From: Escherichia phage vB_EcoM_011D4
Length of the DNA: 64,000 nt
Direction: 5' to 3' (one strand)
Sequence record: MT478991.1
Part shown: positions 1 to 8,140 of the stretch, one piece after another
Layout of the letters: every line of letters begins with the position of its first letter
How positions within the stretch are numbered: position 1 is the first letter of the stretch
Translations under genes and position numbers: made by a program
The notes under the pieces: model-generated
What the model was told of the DNA's origin: nothing
Databases searched by the model: none
Seen by the model: the letters and a program-made list of their open reading frames with translations, nothing else

Positions 1-46
1 GCGGTCAACTTTATTAGCCTTTCCCTCTTCGGACGTCTTTAGAAAA

Positions 47-349
47 TCACTGAATTTCATGTTCTCGATTCTCCATATTATGCAACAGAACAAATTGTTG
101 TGCGGCATATCCCCCCATAATAAAACACTGCTTAGAATCCATACATTTACTACGAGCATACATCTTCATAATATGGGCATGAAATTTCTGGCTGGTTTCA
201 ATGGAAGGAGATATTTTGTTTACATATACTATCATTGCACCGTCGAAATAATCAGTAAAGTCACCAGTTGGATCATATTGATCAGCACTGACACTTCCGA
301 CCGCAGTCAAGCATATTGCCGCTGTTAGAGTTTTACGAATAAATGACAT
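47..349 (-). CDS. hypothetical secreted protein (N-terminal signal peptide)
   Basis: ORF 100 aa; hydrophobic N-terminus MSFIRKTLTAAICLTAVGSVSA typical of a Sec signal peptide; no recognisable catalytic motif. Confidence 0.45.
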   Translation of the reverse strand: MSFIRKTLTAAICLTAVGSVSADQYDPTGDFTDYFDGAMIVYVNKISPSIETSQKFHAHIMKMYARSKCMDSKQCFIMGGYAAQQFVLLHNMENREHEIQ

Positions 350-382
350 AAGTCATTCCCCCAGATTGAAAATATTCAGTTA

Positions 383-390
383 TATTTATA
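383..390 (-). promoter_or_regulatory. T4-type late promoter-like box (TATAAATA on minus strand)
   Basis: plus strand reads tatttata, about 34 nt upstream of the minus-strand ORF starting at 349. Confidence 0.3.
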
Positions 391-417
391 ATCTGGGGCT
401 TTATTTATGATTAACTC

Positions 418-1014
418 TTATTTGGTAGTACCGTCAATAAAATGTTTACGGCACACAGAAACATATTTATCCTCTGCACCAACTTCGATTTGAGCACCAT
501 CGCGAATAACATTACCATCTTTATCTACGCGAAGGACCATAGTCGCTTTCTTGCCACAATGACAAATACCCTTCATTTCGACCAGTTTATCAGAAAATGC
601 CATTAATGCCGCAGATCCTTCAAATAGATTGCCCTGAAAGTCAGTGCGAAGGCCATAGCACAGTACAGGGATATTTGCATCATCAACAAGCGCACACAAG
701 CCTAAAACATGCTCTTTAGTCATAAATTGGGCTTCGTCTACAAAAACTGCATCTGGACGCCATCGATCCGGTCTACGCTTACCTAACGATTCACGATAAA
801 CCAAGTCGAAAAGATCATCCGATTTAGTGAAGGTGATCGCTGGAGCACTTAGGCCAATTCGGGAAACAACTTCATTTTCTGAATCTCGATTATCAATCGC
901 TGGCTTAAGAATTAATACTCGCATATCACGTTCGGTATAGTTATAAGCACTTTGTAATAGGGAAGTTGATTTGCCAGCGTTCATAGATGCATAGTAGAAA
1001 TATAATTGCGCCAT
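418..1014 (-). CDS. tk: thymidine kinase
   Basis: 198 aa; P-loop YYASMNAGKST near N-terminus, C-terminal zinc ribbon (CHCGKKAT ... VCRKHF) typical of type II thymidine kinases; size matches T4 Tk. Confidence 0.9.
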   Translation of the reverse strand: MAQLYFYYASMNAGKSTSLLQSAYNYTERDMRVLILKPAIDNRDSENEVVSRIGLSAPAITFTKSDDLFDLVYRESLGKRRPDRWRPDAVFVDEAQFMTKEHVLGLCALVDDANIPVLCYGLRTDFQGNLFEGSAALMAFSDKLVEMKGICHCGKKATMVLRVDKDGNVIRDGAQIEVGAEDKYVSVCRKHFIDGTTK

Positions 1015-1307
1015 TAATTAATCTCCAAAAATCCAGCAAGACCTAAACCGATATAAGTCCAGATACCAATAAAAAAGATGTTAATGCTCATGGCAAGGAT
1101 AAACCCTTTCAGCGTTTTGGGATACCCAACCCAATATTCCCGACCATCTTCTAACCGGATCAGTTTATTTCCTTGAGAGTCCATATCAACTACAACATGT
1201 TTATTTCGAGATTGCAATAGATATTGTTTTACAATCTCAATACCCGCCATAATAACAATAACGAAAATAAAAGTCCACACAACAAGATTAATGATAGTCT
1301 CAAGCAT
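1014..1307 (-). CDS. small membrane protein, hypothetical
   Basis: 97 aa ORF with several hydrophobic segments; start overlaps upstream ORF, stop abuts tk. Confidence 0.45.
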   Translation of the reverse strand: MLETIINLVVWTFIFVIVIMAGIEIVKQYLLQSRNKHVVVDMDSQGNKLIRLEDGREYWVGYPKTLKGFILAMSINIFFIGIWTYIGLGLAGFLEIN

Positions 1308-1542
1308 TTTCTATCACCTCCACCCAATCAGGTGTTTCCTGAAAGACTCCTTCACCTTCATGATGGTCGCAACCTTTATTGCTGCAATACATCCACCAAT
1401 CCCACATTCCCCACGGTAAACGCTGCATATCGTCGTTACAGCAAGTGAAGATGATAGGCCAACCACATCTAACACATCGGCAGTTTTCCTTCATGTGAGC
1501 GGTATTAGGCTTCTTCATAGATGACTCCAATATAATCGACAT
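1300..1542 (-). CDS. Cys-rich small protein, hypothetical (possible metal-binding)
   Basis: 80 aa with CRCVRC and CC/CSNKGC clusters; overlapping ORF chain typical of T4 tk.x region. Confidence 0.4.
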   Translation of the reverse strand: MSIILESSMKKPNTAHMKENCRCVRCGWPIIFTCCNDDMQRLPWGMWDWWMYCSNKGCDHHEGEGVFQETPDWVEVIENA

Positions 1543-1745
1543 TTACATTTAGGGCAATGCGGTTCTTTAATATAATACCCGTCTGTCTTTGGAACACTAA
1601 CAGGAGCGGTTTTTATATTGTATTCAGTGAAACAACGAAAACAAGTTACGTTTTCTACAGACTGACGTTTCACCCAATCACCGGAATAGAGATCATTTTT
1701 ATTTGTCATATTCAACCACCACAATATTGATATCTGGAGTAGCAA
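1515..1745 (-). CDS. zinc-ribbon-like small protein, hypothetical
   Basis: 76 aa with CFRC ... CPKCKC paired cysteine motifs. Confidence 0.4.
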   Translation of the reverse strand: MLLQISILWWLNMTNKNDLYSGDWVKRQSVENVTCFRCFTEYNIKTAPVSVPKTDGYYIKEPHCPKCKCRLYWSHL

Positions 1746-2154
1746 TATTAATGATTTCTTCTACACATTCCCACTCAAGGCCACCGATACCGCAACCGAT
1801 TTTAGGAATATAGAAAGGCTGTATAGCACCCTCAAAAACATCATTAAGAGACTCAAATCCTTTCAGGATAGCACCATATTCAGCATTTGGACCCGGTCGG
1901 AATTGGGTATAGAGATTCACCCCGCACCAGTTATAACCATTAACTTGATGCGTCCAGATACTAAACCCACCCAGCTTTTCTACCTTACCGCGAGAAGTTT
2001 GCTTGTCAATCTCTAACGCTTGCGGGAACTCTTTTGCGATATCCGCAGCAATACCAGCGCCCATAGTATGAAAACAATTACAACCATGAATTAAATGACC
2101 GTTTCCTTGTTTAAACAGGGCGATGAGATCGCCCTTTACAGTATCAATAATCAT
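1699..2154 (-). CDS. macrodomain protein, TARG1/OARD1-like (putative ADP-ribose hydrolase)
   Basis: 151 aa; motifs VKGDL ... HGCNCFHTMGAGIA ... F and PKIGCGIGGLEWE resemble the TARG1/C6orf130 macrodomain signature as recalled from memory. Confidence 0.6.
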   Translation of the reverse strand: MIIDTVKGDLIALFKQGNGHLIHGCNCFHTMGAGIAADIAKEFPQALEIDKQTSRGKVEKLGGFSIWTHQVNGYNWCGVNLYTQFRPGPNAEYGAILKGFESLNDVFEGAIQPFYIPKIGCGIGGLEWECVEEIINIATPDINIVVVEYDK

Positions 2155-2169
2155 AATATAAACCTCTCA

Positions 2170-2529
2170 TTAGTCACGGGAAGACAACCCAGCCATAAAA
2201 CGGCTTAACAGTGTGTCGCGATAAGCAAAGCATAATTGCTTATCAGGGGCAGTATCACACAGGTTGCGTTTTGTTTTAGCAAAGCTGGCAATACTCAGAT
2301 CCCATGCTCGATTTTTTCGTTTTTCGTCTCGACCTTGTTTGTATGCTTCATCAAGTTCGAGCGCGATAAAATCACTACACATGTTATCATCATCACAGAA
2401 AGTTTTAATGATCTTTTTGTTGATCTCAAATCCTTTGTATTCAAACTTTGGATAAGGGCGCTCATTACTAGCAAGCGCACCAGCCGAGAACATCATAGCA
2501 ATCATAGCAATTATTGTCAACTTTTTCAT
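2170..2529 (-). CDS. hypothetical secreted protein
   Basis: 119 aa; signal peptide MKKLTIIAMIAMMFSAGALA; several Cys residues. Confidence 0.45.
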   Translation of the reverse strand: MKKLTIIAMIAMMFSAGALASNERPYPKFEYKGFEINKKIIKTFCDDDNMCSDFIALELDEAYKQGRDEKRKNRAWDLSIASFAKTKRNLCDTAPDKQLCFAYRDTLLSRFMAGLSSRD

Positions 2530-2536
2530 ATATTCC

Positions 2537-3127
2537 TCAATAGCGTTTAGTCTTAAGAATGCCTTTACTCTTTAGATGGTTAGCCTTTTTTAGTACGTCA
2601 TCAGCATAACCTAATCCGGCTTTATAGTTCCATCCAGCATTGTAAGAAGCTAGCGCGAGTCGGATATTACCGTTTCGAACATCCAGCCAGTATGCTAACT
2701 CATCCATCGCGTAGAATGCAGAAACCTCGCGATTCATGATAAAGTTGATAGTCTGGCGATCACTCATTTTAACACCGCGCTTTGCATTTTTCGCTTTCAC
2801 CGTTTTAAGGTAATTTTGAAATAATCCATAAGCATGATGATTTTTCTTTGGTGCTAAGTTTGCACCCGCGCTTGATTCTTGCCATGCGATACCCGCCAGG
2901 ATGTGGCCTAAACCCTTTCCGTTATAGCGAATATTCGGATGGTACTTTTTCAACTTACCGCTTTTCTCAAATTGCTCGCCGTATTGATAGGCGAAATGTA
3001 AATTATCTAGTTGGTGTGCTGTAAAGTTGTCTATCGGCGCTTTTTTGATCGGTGCGCTAGTCGATGCGTGTGTAGCACCAACGGCTAGTGACAGACTCAA
3101 TACTATCGCTTTTAGAACTTTTAACAT
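2537..3127 (-). CDS. secreted lytic transglycosylase (SLT domain)
   Basis: 196 aa; signal peptide; SLT-type motifs AWQESS ... YGLFQ ... YNAG. Confidence 0.65.
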   Translation of the reverse strand: MLKVLKAIVLSLSLAVGATHASTSAPIKKAPIDNFTAHQLDNLHFAYQYGEQFEKSGKLKKYHPNIRYNGKGLGHILAGIAWQESSAGANLAPKKNHHAYGLFQNYLKTVKAKNAKRGVKMSDRQTINFIMNREVSAFYAMDELAYWLDVRNGNIRLALASYNAGWNYKAGLGYADDVLKKANHLKSKGILKTKRY

Positions 3128-3212
3128 TAATTTCTCCTGTTTGGCTTAACTTTCTGATTCCATAATATAGCCCTATCACCAGAAAGTCAAGCATTATTTT
3201 AACCAATTTCCA

Positions 3213-3635
3213 TTATTGGTCTACTTTCAAAACAACCGCCGACATTTTACCCGCCAGTCGTTTTGGATTCTCTATAATCATTCGGCAGCATAGACCGTGA
3301 TACGGCTTACCCTCTTCGATTAGATCTACTGTCATCCCGATCCACATGTTACCGTCAGTAATTTCTAATCGATTAGGTCTGTCTTCCATTTTCAGGAAGT
3401 CGAAGATCTCCGGCAAACGAGTTTCTATCTTATTGAATAGTTCCATTGTCTTATGTTCATCGATATGACGATCGGTTAGACGGTCGATCATATGCGGACT
3501 AAAGCGAATGAAAATATACTCACCATAACCATCATTCAAGCACTTTTCTTTGATCTGTGCATTGGTTTTGCGCATTTCGGTTTCGAAGAATCTACGCAGC
3601 TTACTACGGCGAACATGTACGTTAATTGTTTCCAT
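3213..3635 (-). CDS. hypothetical early protein (regB position by synteny; assignment tentative)
   Basis: ORF track gives 3213..3677; an internal Met (METINVHVRRSKLRR) preceded by AAGGA is the likelier start; size and position relative to tk resemble T4 regB but the sequence could not be verified. Confidence 0.4.
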   Translation of the reverse strand: METINVHVRRSKLRRFFETEMRKTNAQIKEKCLNDGYGEYIFIRFSPHMIDRLTDRHIDEHKTMELFNKIETRLPEIFDFLKMEDRPNRLEITDGNMWIGMTVDLIEEGKPYHGLCCRMIIENPKRLAGKMSAVVLKVDQ

Positions 3636-3639
3636 TTTA

Positions 3640-3975
3640 TTATCCTTTCTTAAACAAATTGCGAAGCCAGTATACAAACGGGATTTCTTTAAACTTGAAT
3701 TTCTCGATAGTTAATTCTTTAGTAGCAAGATGAATACCATAAGCATCATGTGTCACGATATGCCATTTTCTATAGTCCAAATGTGAACAACCGTCTGGAT
3801 CTAGGTTAATAAGAGTTTCTCGCTCACTAGGATTATTTTTCCACAATTTTGTAATAGGATCGCACATAATTCGACCTAGCGTACCATGAATAATCTCACA
3901 ACGGTAAAGTTTTCCAGCAGTGAGATAGGCGCACCCGTCATAGTCGGTATAAACAAACACTTCTTTAACACTCAT
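3640..3975 (-). CDS. hypothetical protein, member of tandem paralog family (DGCSHL motif)
   Basis: 111 aa; shares (D/G)GCSHL and aromatic-rich motifs with the next two ORFs; own early promoter upstream. Confidence 0.5.
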   Translation of the reverse strand: MSVKEVFVYTDYDGCAYLTAGKLYRCEIIHGTLGRIMCDPITKLWKNNPSERETLINLDPDGCSHLDYRKWHIVTHDAYGIHLATKELTIEKFKFKEIPFVYWLRNLFKKG

Positions 3976-4003
3976 TTTAATACTCCTTTGTTGTTTCGAT
4001 GGG

Positions 4004-4037
4004 GGTGTATATTACTACCCCCGTTTTGTTGTGTCAA
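4004..4037 (-). promoter_or_regulatory. early sigma70-type promoter with stem-loop (PeSL-like)
   Basis: minus strand reads TTGACA-17 nt-TAATAT; inverted repeat GGGGGT/ACCCCC spans the -10; followed by leader and AGGAG. Confidence 0.5.
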
Positions 4038-4298
4038 CTACTTTTTCAAGATTTTTTTGAGTGCATTCCAAAGACCTTTATTCTCAGGTTGTTTTGGTTC
4101 TTCGATCAGTGTCCACGGACGGTCGTCTAAGTATGCACAGCTTTTCAGAGAAATAAAAAGTTTATATCCTTGATCATCTTTGATGTAACCGTAGGTAGAC
4201 ATTCTTTCATCTGGCGTAAACTTATACAGTTTATTTGGGGTGATGTAAGATCTACTACTATAAGGTGTCATCACATACATCATGGTACTAACTCCCAT
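4038..4298 (-). CDS. hypothetical protein, tandem paralog family
   Basis: 86 aa; motif TPxKLYKFTP ... GYIxDD ... paralogous to 4280..4474. Confidence 0.45.
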   Translation of the reverse strand: MGVSTMMYVMTPYSSRSYITPNKLYKFTPDERMSTYGYIKDDQGYKLFISLKSCAYLDDRPWTLIEEPKQPENKGLWNALKKILKK

Positions 4299-4474
4299 TT
4301 ATCACCGCGAAGATGAGAACATCCACCATCAAGAAGGATCGTAATACGAAACCCCACATCATCTTCAATATACCCGATAGTCGGTGGATGTTCGTCGTCT
4401 CGTGCCGGGGTAAAATCATACATCTTTCCCGGTGTGATATCATTGCCTTTATTGCTATTGGTATAAACTTGCAT
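4280..4474 (-). CDS. hypothetical protein, tandem paralog family
   Basis: 64 aa; motifs TPGKMYDFTP, GYIEDD, GGCSHL shared with neighbours. Confidence 0.45.
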   Translation of the reverse strand: MQVYTNSNKGNDITPGKMYDFTPARDDEHPPTIGYIEDDVGFRITILLDGGCSHLRGDKWELVP

Positions 4475-4495
4475 TTTCTTAATCTCCTATATTAA

Positions 4496-5194
4496 CTAAC
4501 CACGGGTATAGTGTTCCAGAACAACTGTCAGATGAATATATTCTAATAGATCTTTCCAAAAGTCAACATCTGGTTCTTCCGGCATACCGTTTTTCTTTGC
4601 CTCTTCACGCGCGAGTTTAACACGCTCGTAGAGATCTTTCAATTCTTCCCGCACATTATCAAAGGTTCTTTCTCCTAACTTACACGCTAAAATAGAAGAA
4701 CGTCGCGCGAGCGGGAATTGTAGATCACCAGTTTGATAGATTTCAAGTAGCTGATAACCAACACGCAGAGCATGAGAAAGATCTTTCCAGTTACTGAAAT
4801 ACTTTTCAGATTTTGTTACCTGTTTCTTGAGATAACCAGACAAACCCCACATACCAACATGATAGAATTTATCGCGATGTGTTCGGATGTATTCCCATTC
4901 TCTGGAGGATTCAACCAACATGTTACTAGGCGCGTGCACCATGTCAATAGCGCCGATATCGCCTTTACATGCCAGATTGATAAACCGTTTTAGACTGAAC
5001 ATATTAACATCAATATCGTCTTTGGTGTTCTTGATACCTTGACCGCTAGTGCTTTGGTCATAGTGTTCTTTCATCGATCCTAAGATAATTTCTTTAGCAG
5101 TCGGAACAAAGATACCACGATAATCTTTATCTGAATTTTCAGTATCAAGGCCGTACAAGTGAGATCCGAAGACCATTTTAACCATTGTATGCAT
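4496..5194 (-). CDS. predicted nucleotidyltransferase (minimal pol-beta-like fold)
   Basis: 232 aa; N-terminal GSHLYGLDTENSDKDYRGIF matches the GS ... D.D nucleotidyltransferase motif. Confidence 0.5.
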   Translation of the reverse strand: MHTMVKMVFGSHLYGLDTENSDKDYRGIFVPTAKEIILGSMKEHYDQSTSGQGIKNTKDDIDVNMFSLKRFINLACKGDIGAIDMVHAPSNMLVESSREWEYIRTHRDKFYHVGMWGLSGYLKKQVTKSEKYFSNWKDLSHALRVGYQLLEIYQTGDLQFPLARRSSILACKLGERTFDNVREELKDLYERVKLAREEAKKNGMPEEPDVDFWKDLLEYIHLTVVLEHYTRG

Positions 5195-5207
5195 AATTAA
5201 ACCCTCA

Positions 5208-5738
5208 TTAGTATTTTACGTTACGTCGAACGCCTTTTCGAATCTGACAAATAGCAGACGGTGAAACATTATATTTTCTTGCAAGTTCTACACCCTTCAT
5301 ATGGGGAGAAGATAAAATCTCTTCCACTTGGTCGTCGGTAAGTTTTGCGTTTCCGTGGTTCTCTCCCCAATTGTTGTTTAATCCTTCTTCCTTCGCATGA
5401 ACAAGATTTCGGGTATCTGTCGTCCATTCAAGATTATAAAGGTCATAGTTTTGTTTGTTTCCATCCTTATGATTAACTACACGGTAGTTATTTGGATTCG
5501 GAATAAACGCAACCGCCATAGCTTTATGCATGTTCACGGTTTTTCTAAATCCATCCGGCTTATAACATACTGTAAATTTAGAATAACCAGTTTTACCATA
5601 AACACTAATATAATTTCCGGTCTCTGTATTTCTAACCCTACCATGAGAGCTAATCTCAAATTGAGTGTAGGGCAACAGCGCATCAATCACTTTCCATTCT
5701 TCGACAGGATGGTCATCACAATATCTTTTAATCATCAT
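5208..5738 (-). CDS. HNH homing endonuclease (NUMOD4 + HNH + C-terminal HTH)
   Basis: 176 aa; FEISSHGRVRN (NUMOD4-like), NHKDGNKQNYDLYNLEW (HNH), C-terminal ARKYNVSPSAICQIRKG HTH. Confidence 0.8.
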   Translation of the reverse strand: MMIKRYCDDHPVEEWKVIDALLPYTQFEISSHGRVRNTETGNYISVYGKTGYSKFTVCYKPDGFRKTVNMHKAMAVAFIPNPNNYRVVNHKDGNKQNYDLYNLEWTTDTRNLVHAKEEGLNNNWGENHGNAKLTDDQVEEILSSPHMKGVELARKYNVSPSAICQIRKGVRRNVKY

Positions 5739-5754
5739 ATCACCTCATAAAAAT

Positions 5755-5785
5755 AAAGCCAACCCTTTCGGATTGGCTTAAAAAA
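5755..5785 (-). terminator. hairpin terminator downstream of GrcA-like gene
   Basis: inverted repeat aagccaa / ttggctt followed on the minus strand by a U-run. Confidence 0.45.
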
Positions 5786-6202
5786 TTACATTGCTTCCGT
5801 AAAGGTGCGCGAAATAACGTCACGTTGTTGGTCTGGAGTCAGACTATTGAATCTTACGGCATATCCGCTAACGCGAATGGTTAGTTGCGGATACTTATCA
5901 GGATTAGCAACCGCATCAAGAAGAAGATCGCGACTCATCACATTGATATTCGCGTGCTGACCACCTTCGACAACCGGAGCACCATTATCTACAATGACAG
6001 GACGGAAGCTAGTTGTGTGTAGTGCCAGCGAATCGACGTCTTCTGCGGTGATCACATGGTCTTCTGCGAAAGTTTTACTAACAATTACTTTAGCGCCGAT
6101 CAGTGCTTTCGGTTCGGATACCAGAATCATAGGCGCGAAGTGTCCACCAATAATAGTACCTTTATGCTCACCTTTCATGATTTGAATTGCTTTAAATTCC
6201 AT
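5786..6202 (-). CDS. autonomous glycyl radical cofactor (GrcA/YfiD-like)
   Basis: 138 aa; C-terminus [32 protein letters not shown] carries the glycyl-radical signature RVSGYA and closely resembles E. coli GrcA as recalled. Confidence 0.8.
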   Translation of the reverse strand: MEFKAIQIMKGEHKGTIIGGHFAPMILVSEPKALIGAKVIVSKTFAEDHVITAEDVDSLALHTTSFRPVIVDNGAPVVEGGQHANINVMSRDLLLDAVANPDKYPQLTIRVSGYAVRFNSLTPDQQRDVISRTFTEAM

Positions 6203-6337
6203 AATTCACCTCTTATAGATCAGGACGTTCGTCATTAATTTTACCAACCAAAACACCATAGAGTTTATCAGGTTGGACTTTGCGATTCTTTTTAATTGTA
6301 GCACGGAATCGACGTGCTACGCTATCTTTATTTTTCA

Positions 6338-6823
6338 TCAGTTGATACCTAAGCCAATGAAAATAGGTTGGTCTTCTACATTACCCATCCCAACACTAAG
6401 TCGATTTACTTCTAAAAACTGCAATACGCTGTCAGTAAATCCGCGCATGGTAGTATCTAGGATAAAAATTGTTTTGTCAAGACTACGACCTCGCCATGTG
6501 ATCGGATTCAGGAAAGTTCGGATAGACGTACAATCTACATTTGAAATATTTACATTTTCACCGCGACCGCGATCTCGGATCGTTTTGGCATGTTCCCGCG
6601 TCGTTGAAACGATAAAGACACTATAGCCTTTTCGCGTATAATGGTCATATAACTTGATTGTAGCGTCTGTATGCCCTGTCTGACGGCCTAAATTGATTGA
6701 GACGATGGAATCTAGGTCATCAGCAAAATTGCGTCGTTTACGGCGTTCTATGATGCCATTTACGGCAGAAATACACGCAGCATAAATCAAATCTTTACTT
6801 TCTAATTTTACATCAATATTCAT
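6338..6823 (-). CDS. hypothetical protein
   Basis: 161 aa; no confident motif (GRQTGHTD is not a canonical Walker A). Confidence 0.45.
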   Translation of the reverse strand: MNIDVKLESKDLIYAACISAVNGIIERRKRRNFADDLDSIVSINLGRQTGHTDATIKLYDHYTRKGYSVFIVSTTREHAKTIRDRGRGENVNISNVDCTSIRTFLNPITWRGRSLDKTIFILDTTMRGFTDSVLQFLEVNRLSVGMGNVEDQPIFIGLGIN

Positions 6824-6885
6824 GGTAAAGTCTCCAGTGAACGGGGAGAGATCCTTAGATTGTCTCCCCGTTGATGGTTAATATT

Positions 6886-7275
6886 TTATTTTGGATCTTG
6901 GTATTTGCTGTGTGGTAATTGTAGATGAGGACCATCTTTAAAACTAGTCCAATCCCCACCCCATTCAACAGGAACACCCAATTCTCGGCCAGCTTGTTTA
7001 AATGCATCAGCGATCATGCGGTAATATTTCATATTCCATGTATCCTTATCTTTCGGATACGCTACAACGTCAACCGCGAAACCGTGAAGATGACGAGATT
7101 TCATAGTCTTAGATTTACCTTCCGCAACATATTTCTTTTGCGTTGCGAGACTACGCACACCTTCTGTAATACCAAAATCGACCGGAGTCAGTTCTAACGC
7201 ACGATGAACGACTTTTACCAGGTCAGGATGCACACCAACAAGCCGATCTTTGCTTCTTTGAGATAATTTAAACAT
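6886..7275 (-). CDS. endolysin, peptidase M15 (VanY/L-Ala-D-Glu peptidase-like)
   Basis: 129 aa; zinc-ligand motifs SRHLHGFAVD and WGGDW ... DGPHLQL typical of M15 peptidoglycan peptidases; sits at the T4 e position. Confidence 0.75.
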   Translation of the reverse strand: MFKLSQRSKDRLVGVHPDLVKVVHRALELTPVDFGITEGVRSLATQKKYVAEGKSKTMKSRHLHGFAVDVVAYPKDKDTWNMKYYRMIADAFKQAGRELGVPVEWGGDWTSFKDGPHLQLPHSKYQDPK

Positions 7276-7303
7276 TATTCACCCCCTTTGTGAGTGATAA
7301 TAT

Positions 7304-7495
7304 TTAGATTCCGGTGATCCTGCATAGAGTTCTTGTATTAGCACCAATCAGGATCGCATTAACTACAACCATTCCCCAATCAACCCACGGATTATTATAA
7401 ATGCTAAATCCGTTTGAAAGACCAAATACAAGCATTCCGGTACACATACTCAGAGCAATAATCAACATCACGGTAAAACCAAATGCAAATCTCAT
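7304..7495 (-). CDS. small hydrophobic membrane protein
   Basis: 63 aa, predominantly hydrophobic. Confidence 0.4.
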   Translation of the reverse strand: MRFAFGFTVMLIIALSMCTGMLVFGLSNGFSIYNNPWVDWGMVVVNAILIGANTRTLCRITGI

Positions 7496-7496
7496 G

Positions 7497-7763
7497 TTAT
7501 TTTCCTTTTCTCTGTTTACGTTTATAAAAGTAATACATTACCTCATCGCGTCCGGTGATCCAACATGCTAGGGCGGTAAACAGGTTTACAATTCCCAACA
7601 CTCCTACTGACGCGGCGCTGTCAACAGACATAGGAACAGTAAAGGCCATAGCTAACATAGCAACGCCACAAATGACATTAAGCACCATTATAATAAGACC
7701 GAAGAAAACCATTGTCAATCCTCCCAAATAAGAAAACCAACAATCACGCCAGTGATAAGACAT
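7497..7763 (-). CDS. small hydrophobic membrane protein
   Basis: 88 aa, two hydrophobic segments, basic C-terminus. Confidence 0.4.
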   Translation of the reverse strand: MSYHWRDCWFSYLGGLTMVFFGLIIMVLNVICGVAMLAMAFTVPMSVDSAASVGVLGIVNLFTALACWITGRDEVMYYFYKRKQRKGK

Positions 7764-7906
7764 GATGCGCCGCTAATAAGACAACCCGCGCCAAGTGATT
7801 CCCACCAGATCAGGGAAGCGACAATAACACAGAATCCCCAGACTACCGCAATCACAACATAGGCAAGGGTCGCCCAAAACATATATTTGTTCATAATAAA
7901 CCACAT
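7715..7906 (-). CDS. small hydrophobic membrane protein
   Basis: 63 aa; hydrophobic; overlaps neighbours in a tight chain. Confidence 0.35.
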   Translation of the reverse strand: MWFIMNKYMFWATLAYVVIAVVWGFCVIVASLIWWESLGAGCLISGASCLITGVIVGFLIWED

Positions 7907-8079
7907 TCACCAAACAAATAAGAAAAAAGCCATATCAACAGAAACGAGGCAATTGATCCGGCAAGCAAAATGATATTAGAGAATCCACCGTCTATCCAGG
8001 CAACAAAACAGAATACGCTAGTATAGAAGCATAAACCCATTACAAAGCATACTATAAGCAACCATAGATAAAACGCCAT
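7891..8079 (-). CDS. small hydrophobic membrane protein
   Basis: 62 aa; hydrophobic. Confidence 0.35.
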   Translation of the reverse strand: MAFYLWLLIVCFVMGLCFYTSVFCFVAWIDGGFSNIILLAGSIASFLLIWLFSYLFGECGLL

Positions 8080-8140
8080 AGAAAGCCCTCCAGCGAGATA
8101 AATTAGTGCGGGTAGTACATTACCCTACCCGCATTGTTAA

